Assembly (NCBI GenBank): GCA_050613775.1
Contig: JBODTK010000103.1
Span: 310,001 to 374,000 of the forward strand
Reading direction: 5' to 3'
Source of the DNA: Neocallimastix sp. 'constans'
Lineage: Eukaryota
Length of the DNA: 64,000 nucleotides
Shown: one piece after another, positions 54,241 to 64,000 of the stretch
Layout of the letters: each line of letters begins with the position of its first letter
How positions within the stretch are numbered: position 1 is the stretch's first letter
Made by a program: the position numbers and the translations under genes
The notes under the pieces: model-generated
The model's input: the letters and a program-made list of their open reading frames with translations, nothing else
The model's database searches: none
What the model was told of the DNA's origin: nothing

Positions 54241-57014
54241 TTAATCTTATTTTTAAAAAAAAAAATAAAAAAAATAAATTTTATTTTTTTATAAAATTAT
54301 TATTTATTAAAGTTTTAAACTATTTTTTATATAATAAAAAATGAATAAGAATAAAATATAATAGAAACTAAAAATAAAAAATAATAATAAAAAAAAAAAA
54401 AAAAAAAAAAAAAAAAGATAAAGGTTAATCGATCATCTTTTATAGATTTACATTTGTATTATGAGTAATGTAAAAAATAATAATAATAAATATTTAAATT
54501 TAATATATTTAAATTATATTATTTTATATTCTGATATTTACGTTATTAATATATTAAAATGAAAATGATTTATCAGGATATGAATAAGTGACTGATTTAT
54601 ATCATTAAATTAGATTATTTATTTTTTTTTTTTTATTTTTTTTTTTATTAAAAAAAATTTAACTCTTTTTCTTTATAAATATATTATTTTTAATATTGTT
54701 TATATATTATAATATGACATTTAATTAAATTAATTTTATTGTTATATTTAAATATAATTTATCTAAAATATTTGTATATAATATTATTTTAAAAGATCTA
54801 AAGATATATAAAATTAAAAGTAAAATTAAAAACAAAAACAGAAAAAAAAAAAAAAGAAAAAAGAAAATAGCAATGGTAATAACAATATAAAATAAAAGAA
54901 ATGCAAATATTTCAAAGATTAATAAATTTTATGTTTAATAGGATTTAATCTTTTTTTTCATTATTATATATACAAACCTAAAAATCTATGCATTTTCAAC
55001 AACATTTCCTACGTCAAAGAAACTTCAGTTGAAAATTTATTTATAATTATTAATGAAATTTCATTATAAAAATTTAAAAAATTGTACATTACATGATAAT
55101 AATAAAATATTAAAGAATCTTCTTAAGATAACCATAAAAAATCATTTTTTATAATATTTTATGGCCTTTTATACTATTGGTCAATATTATTTAATTTATA
55201 TATAGTTTATGATTAAAAGAATTAATTTATATTACAATATATAATATAGTATAATATAATATAATTTATAAACTATTTAAATTGAAACTACAATATAATA
55301 TATAATATATATTTTTTATAAAGTATTTTAAAATTTTTGTTTTATCAAATTCTATTTAAAATAGATATATTTCTAATTGATTCAAATTTGATTTAATATA
55401 CAGTCAATTATCAATTATTAATTAATAATAATTAACTTTAAATGTTTAAAAATATTCAATTAAAATGAAATATATTAATATTAATTATATGGATCAATAT
55501 ATATAAAATTAATTCAATGCTATATTGGCAATAAATAAAATAATGTTTACTGTTTATATAATTAAAATAATGAAATTCGTTTTTACATTAAAGAATTTCA
55601 TTATTCTATAGGTAATTATATTTATATATAAATTAACATTTTTATATATAACACAAATTACATATAAAGAAAATCTTTTTTTTTTTTTTTTTTAATATAA
55701 ATGTATATATATATTATTTATATAATGTATATATATATATATTTTTTTTATTTGATTTAAATTTATTTTTATATACTATTTGTTTAGAATAAAAAATAAA
55801 AATAGAAAAATGAGAAATGCATTACATGAATTGAAAGTTATTTTTATAAATGCCATAACAATATCAAAATGCTTTTTATTATTTCTTTTTATTAGATTAA
55901 ATATTAATGCTATTATATTTTTATTTGTTTTATTTTTTGTTAAATCATCTTTAAAATAAATAAAAAACTTAAATAAAAAATATATATATATTAATGTAGA
56001 AATAATATAAAATACATTGTGTATAAAGTAAATAGCAAATAAATATTTACAAATAATAATAATTTATTTATTTTAAAAACTTTTTTTTTTTAATTTTTTT
56101 TATTTTTATTTATTTTATTTTAAATAATATATTAATATAAAGTTTTTTTTTTCTTATAGAAAAAAAAAATAACTAATTTCTGTTATTATATAATTTAAAG
56201 AAAATTATGTCATATTAAGGTTTTTTTTTTTTTTTAAAAAAAAAATAATAATTAAATAAAATATAAATAAATTAAAAATAATATTATTACTTTATATTAT
56301 TTTAACAATTATTTTTAGTTAATAAAGTCGACTGATAATTTTATTTTTATTTATTTTAATATTTAAATATAATAAATATTTTAAAATCATTATTATTTTA
56401 TGATTATTTTTTTCAAGGATGTTTTTAAAATATAACTAAATTTTAACTTTTATATATATATATATGTAAAGGATATAAAGATATAATCTTAATTTTTTTT
56501 AATTAAATTTATATTATATATATTCATTTTTTAATTCTTATAAAGAAAAACTATATATATTCATTAGGATATTTCAGATTTCACTAATATATATGAATTT
56601 CTACTTTAATGTTAATGTTAATGTTAATATTATTATAATATATTATTATTATTATTTTTTTTTTTTTAATATTATATTATTTTATTTTTAATTAAATATA
56701 TCTTAGTTTTAAATTTTTAAAAAATCCAAATTTCAATTAGTTATGCTTTGAATTATTTATAAAATTTTAAAATAGATAAATAAATAAATAAATAAATAAA
56801 AATATAAATTAATATTAAATAAATTAATATACTAAATAAATAAATAAAACAATAAATTATATTTATTTATATAATAAATGAACCTTGATTAAAATTTCTC
56901 AGAAAAAGAATATTTATAAAAATAGTTCATTATTAAAATTTATAGATTGATCTGTTTTATTTTATTTATTTTTTTTTTTTTTTCTTTTAAATTTACAATA
57001 ATACAAAAAAAAAT

Positions 57015-57630
57015 CTTTAATCGTGTTTTCCATTTCCTGTACTATCAATTGAAGGTCGTTTGATATAGACATATTTTCTATATTTCTAAATATATGTTCG
57101 TTACCTCTATATTCATTAATATCTTCATTATCTTCTGATACATTTACTAATTCTATTTTAGATTTTTACTTTTTACACTAGTTTTTTTTATTTTCATATT
57201 ATTAATAATTCTATTCATGGTTTGTTTTTGCCATTTTTCTACAATCTACTGGGGTCATTAAATTATTCATTATATATTTCATTTATATCAGAGTTTTTTT
57301 TTTATATACTTTATTTTTTTTATCCAATTCCTCCAATTCTTCCATTATTTTTTATCAAAATTATCATTTTTTTTCTAATTCTTTTTCTAGTGTCTCTCTT
57401 TTAACTTAGACTTTATTAAGTTCATTTTTTTTACTTCTTATAAAATTTTTTTCTTCTATTAATATATTTAGATATTTTTCAATACGTTTTTCTAAATTCT
57501 GTAACATTTTCTTTATGCTTTTCATTATAATATATATCCAAATACATATTTTTAGTACTTATATCAAATTTGATATTTCCATATTTAGAGCAACTTGAAA
57601 TACCAATGAGAATAGTTTTTTTTGGGGGGA
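57015..57630 (-). pseudogene. Decayed coding fragment of unknown origin (charged, coiled-coil-like; possibly TE-derived)
   Basis: Minus-strand pieces such as IGISSCSKYGNIKFDISTKNMYLDIY, KRETLEKELEK and SNDLQLIVQEMENTIK are interrupted by stops. Composition is coding-like, with no recognisable motif. Confidence 0.3.
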
Positions 57631-60392
57631 TTTAAGTTATAAATAATAAAAAAAATATAGGTGTGTTTTTCAAAAAAAAAAAAAAAAAAAAAAAAAGAAA
57701 ACAGAAAATTATAAATACTTAAATTTATGAAGTTAATAAGTATTTTGTTAAATAAATAATTCTTTTTATTACTAAAAAATATATAATCCATAATTTTTTT
57801 TATTATTTTATCAACTGAAATTAAAATTTATTAACAGGAATATTATGATATATTATTAAGCACTGCCATTAATTTCAATTTAAACAGTTTAAATTGATTT
57901 GATAAAATATATAAAAAATAATGAAATATATTCTATTACTAGACAGTAAAAAACATTATTAGAATAGTTATTTTTTAATAAACTACATATATATCATTTA
58001 ATATATTTTTATATATATGAATACTTTTTTTTTTTCTATTACATTTTAAATTTCTTTAAATTAATAAAGCAAAATTATATTAAAAATTACTAATAATTAA
58101 ATATTTATATATTTATTTATATATATTTGAAAATAATTATTATACGTATCATAGATAAACCACAAAAAAATAAAAGTTTTACTTTTGACTAATAAAAATA
58201 CTTTTATTTTTCTATTCTAATAATTACTTTTAATATGCTTATCATTAATATTCTAGATTAGATAAGTGATATTTTAGGTATATATTTCTTAAAATTTATA
58301 TTCTTAATTAGACATTTTCTATTTAATAATAATTTTAATAATAATAACAATAATGAATTTTAACATTCAAAACATATATGGTTTATATATAATCATTGCT
58401 GTTTTGACCATCTATTAATATAGGCTCCTAGTTATTAATATTATTTATCATTAAATACTATTAATAAGAATTCAAAACATATAGCAATACATAATTTTAT
58501 AATAATTTTAATTTTAATAATAATTAATGTTGGAAATAAAGCAATATAATAATTTATAATTGTACATATATTTTAATGTTTTATTTTTTTTTATTTTTTT
58601 TCTTTTTTAAAAAAATAAAAATAAAGTACAATTAATTATTTAAATTTATAAAATAAATTGTATTATAATAAATATTTTTTTTTTTTTTATCATTATTTGA
58701 CTTATTAAATATTTTATTTATTTAATGAAATAAAATAAAATTTATATTAAATAATATAAGAAAATTATTTATTTATTTATTAATATATTTATAATAAATA
58801 ATGCTATAATAATAATATTATTATTATTATTATTTTTATTTAGTTATTGTGAAAAAAGACTTGGAATTTTATTTTTTATTATTTAAATTAATAATGATCA
58901 ATAATAATAAAATAATCCTTCAAAAATAAATTGTGTATTTGATAGTGATTATTAAGCTATTAATTATTTAATTGTCAACTTTATTATTAATATATATATA
59001 TATATTTTCAAATATCTAATTTCCAATTAATTTTTCTTTTAAAATCATTTATAATGAAAAATATTGAATAGTATTTTTTTTAGTAATAATAATCCATTTT
59101 GTATTATCTAAAATAATTCAGAATTTAAATATAATCAAAGTTTTATGGTATAAATTATTAAAAATAAAAAAATTAAATGTAATAAAAAATGATTAATAAA
59201 TTTATTACTATTACTATTATTATTATTATTACCATCATTATTATTATATAAAGATATTTATATGTTAATAAAAAAAAAAAAAAATCAAAAATTAGATAAT
59301 TATAATTAAAAATATTTTTCAATTAGATAATAAATAATATAATTAATATATAATTATCTAAAAACGTAAAGTTCAAAGTTAAAAAAAAATTGTTTTGCTT
59401 TTAGTATAAATTAAAAATATACAAAGTTTATTAATTTAAATCAAATTTATATATATAATTTTTATCAAAATCAAAACACTTCTTAATAAATTTAAATATA
59501 AATATATTCAAAGTTGTATGATTAATAATTTTTTTTTAACCCTTTTAATGTATTGAACTGATATAGAAAATAATGGTTCAATGATTTATTATTTTATAAA
59601 ATATCTCAATAATCATAATCTAAAAAGTAATAAATTAAAATTTGACCCTTATTTTTTTTTTTTCTTTTTTAAGAAAAGAATAATAATAACAACAATAAAA
59701 ATTAGAATAAAAACTAAGACTAATATTAAAGTTTAAGTGTTAAAGAAAGATATAGTAATAGATGATATAAAAATTAATAATTTATAATTTTATTATATTT
59801 TATTTTATTTTTTTTAATAATAAAATTATTTATTAAATATTTTTCAATAATTTAATATATTTTACAAAAAAAAAAAAAAAAAAATAATAATAATAAATAC
59901 TAATTATCTAATACTTTCATATAAAATTTTAGATAGCTGTATTTATAAATAATATATGATAAATTTTATGTAATATATGATTTTCTATATATATATATAT
60001 ATATATATGTAAATTTTTTTTTTAAAAAAATCTTTTAAAAATGTTAATATTATTTATATAAAATATGTATGAGATTAATTTTATGAAGAATATTTATGCT
60101 AAATATACAAGATATTTTGATATAGAGAGATAATAATATAATAAAGAAAAGTTTAATAATAATAATATAAATAGATAATATGATTTAATGTAATATATAT
60201 AAATATGTTTTTTAAATACTTTTTTTTTTAATTTTTTTTTTCTTCTATATTATTAATATTAATTGTATGAAAAAATATATATATAATAGATTATTTATAA
60301 GAAGTAAAAAAAAATATATTACTATAATAATTTTTTTTTCATTTTAAAATAATATAATAAATAAATGTATTTATATTTTATTATTTTTTTTT

Positions 60393-61355
60393 TTAATTTA
60401 TAATATTTATTAAAATTGTCATTAAGGTAAGATAAATGCATGAAATAATAGTCATTGGTTTTATAGATAGAGCATCATTACTTAACTTATGTTCAACATT
60501 ACCAGCAAAATAATTAGAGGAAGTGGCAGAAGCATTGTTATTGATGGGAACAGTAGTAGTAACTGCAACTGTATTAATTGTGTTATTTTTAGGAATATTT
60601 GACTCCTTTTTTTTGAAATATGTTTTACCAGATCTATACATACCCTTTTTGTCACCAAGACATTCAGCAACAGTAACAAACTTATAACCTTTTTCTTTCA
60701 TACCACTCCTTTTCATAATCCATGGAACAATATCACTAACCGTATAGTTTTGGGTATCATGCATAAGAATTAGATAGCTATCTTCTTCTTTTGCAAATCT
60801 CCTCTTTAAAAATTTAATTGAGTCTTCAACTCTTTGACTGGGAGATCCAGAAGTTACAAGATCCCAATCATTGGTGTCCGTATCCCATTGAATAAGGCGA
60901 TAATCCCATTTTTCAAGAGCATCTTGACATTCCTTATTACAATGACCCTTTGGAGCACGGAAGTAACGTGGACGATCACCAGTAATTTCTTCGATGAAAT
61001 CATCCATTTTAGTTAAAACTTTCTTGAATTCATATTCATCATCGGGTATTTTGTGTTCAAAAGTATGAGAAGCAATTTGGAAGCCATTATGGTGTGCCTT
61101 CCTCATAGCTTTTTGATATTCTCTAACATTAATAGCAAATGGATAATGGAATTTTCCAACTTGGAAAAAAGTAATCCTATCATCTGGGTATTCATTAATA
61201 AAGTAATCAACTAATTCTTTAGTGTATTTGTGTGGTCCATCATCGAAAGTTAATGCAATTGTTTTTTTTTCTTTACAAGAGTAAATAAATTCTGTTCTTA
61301 TGAAACTAATATAGCCAAAAATCAAAATAAAAGAAGCAAAACTTAAGTACTTCAT
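60393..61355 (-). CDS. CE4 polysaccharide/chitin deacetylase, intronless paralogue (320 aa), with signal peptide and probable GPI signal
   Basis: TFDDGPH, HTFEH, RAPKG, DTNDW, LMHD and VTVAECLGD motifs, with hydrophobic N- and C-termini. Confidence 0.95.
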   Translation of the reverse strand: MKYLSFASFILIFGYISFIRTEFIYSCKEKKTIALTFDDGPHKYTKELVDYFINEYPDDRITFFQVGKFHYPFAINVREYQKAMRKAHHNGFQIASHTFEHKIPDDEYEFKKVLTKMDDFIEEITGDRPRYFRAPKGHCNKECQDALEKWDYRLIQWDTDTNDWDLVTSGSPSQRVEDSIKFLKRRFAKEEDSYLILMHDTQNYTVSDIVPWIMKRSGMKEKGYKFVTVAECLGDKKGMYRSGKTYFKKKESNIPKNNTINTVAVTTTVPINNNASATSSNYFAGNVEHKLSNDALSIKPMTIISCIYLTLMTILINIIN

Positions 61356-61469
61356 TTGGTATATTCAAAAATTAAAACAAAACAAAAAAATATATATATT
61401 AATTTCGAAGTTTTTTTCTTTTTTAAAAAAAATTAAATGTATATATATGAATAGCTCTTATATAAAGTG

Positions 61470-61505
<36 letters not shown>

Positions 61506-61999
61506 TATCAAATTTAGAGTAAATATTTATTTGTATATGACATATATATCTTTTTATCTTTTTATTTTTTTTTTTTTTTTTTTAATATTTATTTTATTTA
61601 ATTGAGAATTCAAATTTTATAACCTATATAAATAGTATTAATGAATTAATAATGAAATATTGAATATAGTTTTGAGTTATTATTAAATAAAGTATGAAAA
61701 TGGTTGAACTATATACAATAAAAATATATAAATTTATATAATATATATATTTATTCAATTATAATATAATTATATATATTGAATATTGAAAATTCTTGTA
61801 TCATAAAACTTGTTGGATCTTTAATGAATATTATTTCCTTTTTATTTTTTTCCAAAGAGTAATATATAAATATTATGATAATTAATATGCTTTATAGTAA
61901 TATATATCGATATTTTTCAAGAATTAAAAATTTACTTTAAATATTAAAAAAAATTTTTTTTTCTCTTCGGTTTTGCTATAAAGTAAAAAGTAAAAAAAA

Positions 62000-62034
<35 letters not shown>

Positions 62035-62929
62035 AGATTTTAAATAATAATGAAGTAATATAAAAAGTAAAAAAATTACTTTAATATAAAAATATTTTGA
62101 TAAAACTAAATAAAATTTTTCTAAAATGAAACAAAAAATAAAAAACAAAAAAAATATTAAGTATAATATGTTTTTATATATTTTTGTAAAATAATAATAA
62201 AAAAAAATTTTTTTTTTTATTAAATATTTTATTATATTAAATAATTACATATTAATAAACATATTCCCTTCTAAAAAATATATATATATTTTTTATATAT
62301 ATATATATATAAAAATATATATATATATATATTTCAAAAAATTTATCTCAGAAAAGTTTAAAATTAATAAATTTTAATAATAAATAAATAATAAAAATGA
62401 ATAATAAATAATAAATAATAAATAATAAATAATAGAATAATGAAATAATAATGAATAATAAATAAATAATAAATAAATAATAAATAAATAATAAATAAAT
62501 TATAAATAAATTATAAATAATTAATAAATAATAAATAAATAAATAATAAATAAATACTAAAAAAATAAATAATTTATTAATAATTAATAATTATTTATTA
62601 AAGCCTTATTTTACTAATATTTCTTGAAGTTTTTTAAACATATAATTACTTATAATTAAAAAAAAAAAAAGAAAAAAAAAGGTAAAATACTTTATTACTT
62701 TACCTTAAAAATAAACTAATTTAAATAAAAAGTTTAAAATATTAAATTATTTTTTATTTAAAAATGACATTATTAATGATCATAAAAAATTAAATTAATT
62801 ATCGAAAATAACCTTTTTTTTTTTTTATTTATTTACTTATATAATATATGTACATTTTACATAATGAAAAATTTATATTCCACTTTTAAAAAAAAAATAA
62901 TAAATAATCATTATTGAGTAACTTTATTT

Positions 62930-62976
<47 letters not shown>

Positions 62977-63176
62977 GACTAATAGTATTAATTTTTTTTT
63001 TTTTAAATACATAAACTATTATAAATTATTTACTATATTCATATCTTTTTACTTATTAATAATAAAAATATTTTATTATATTTTGTATTTATTTTTTTAA
63101 TAATAATTTTTTTAATATTTTATTATTATTATTATTATTATTATTTTTTTTTTTTTTTTAATTTTTTTGATTTTTT

Positions 63177-63207
<31 letters not shown>

Positions 63208-63255
63208 TTTTAGATTTATGATTATTATCAAAAATCCTGATATTATAGTTATTAT

Positions 63256-63722
63256 AATTAATAATTTTCAAATCAACAAAATTAGTTATCATTGAAATAA
63301 TTTCATTGCAATTTATACATTTACTAACGTAATATCATATATAATAATATATATAATAATATTATAAAACACATAAAAAATTTACAGTTTCACTATTTTT
63401 AATATGGTTTTTTCCTATTAGTAAATGTTTATGTATAGGAAAATAAGAATTTAATTTAAATGTCAATGTCAATTTTTTTTTTTTTTTTTTTCTAATTTTA
63501 AAATTTTAATTATATTTTTTTATATTAAAATTAATAATTTTCAAATCAACAAAATTAGTTATCATTAAAATAATTTCATTGCAATTTATACATTTACTAT
63601 CGTAATATCATATATAATAATATATATAATAATATAGGAAAATAAAAATTTAATTGAAATGTCAATGTCAAATTTTTTTTTTTTTTTTTTTAATTTTAAA
63701 GATTTTAATTATATTTTTTTTT
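63256..63722. repeat. Local direct duplication with an indel
   Basis: 63256-63362 recurs at 63528-63633, and 63435-63520 recurs at 63634-63722. Confidence 0.85.
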
Positions 63723-64000
63723 ATCAATTTTATTAATTTTATTAATTTTATAATTTTAAAATTCTTATCATTTTTTTTATTAAAATTTTTCGTTATATAT
63801 AAATGTAACATACATATAAATGTAACTGGATTTAAAAATTGAGCTTCAAAACTTTAATAAATTATAAATAACTTTTATTGGTTGGAAAAAAATATTCAAA
63901 ATATAATATTTTCCATTTTAATTGATATAATTGATATAATAATAAATTATATAAATTATATTATAATAATTTTATTAATATTTAATTATTAATAAATATT

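Overview
Extremely AT-rich, intron-containing eukaryotic DNA with many homopolymer tracts and microsatellites. Gene content and composition suggest an anaerobic gut fungus (Neocallimastigomycota); this is an inference. Host genes: the last exon of a TPS2-like trehalose-6-phosphate phosphatase; an ornithine decarboxylase antizyme; a 4-exon 7-TM receptor-like gene; a ~1730-aa Zn(II)2Cys6 transcription factor; a SAAL1-like gene with an ATG-only first exon; two paralogous CE4 (chitin/polysaccharide) deacetylases; and two decayed ankyrin-repeat genes. The antizyme's ORF1 and ORF2 are joined by a +1 programmed frameshift site (GGG-UGG-UAU-UCC-UGA-C) that is only placed in frame by splicing a 105-nt intron. 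Mobile DNA: a scrambled LINE cluster at 3.1-7.15 kb, a LINE/copia/gypsy/copia graveyard at 11.6-16.5 kb, and a non-autonomous Mutator-like element carrying a 57-bp minisatellite at 30.2-34.0 kb. A perfect inverted repeat with 158-bp arms lies at 21.1-21.4 kb. The strongest signal is the antizyme recoding cassette with candidate 5' nascent-peptide and 3' RNA stimulators. All family assignments come from motif recognition by eye; no database search was run.
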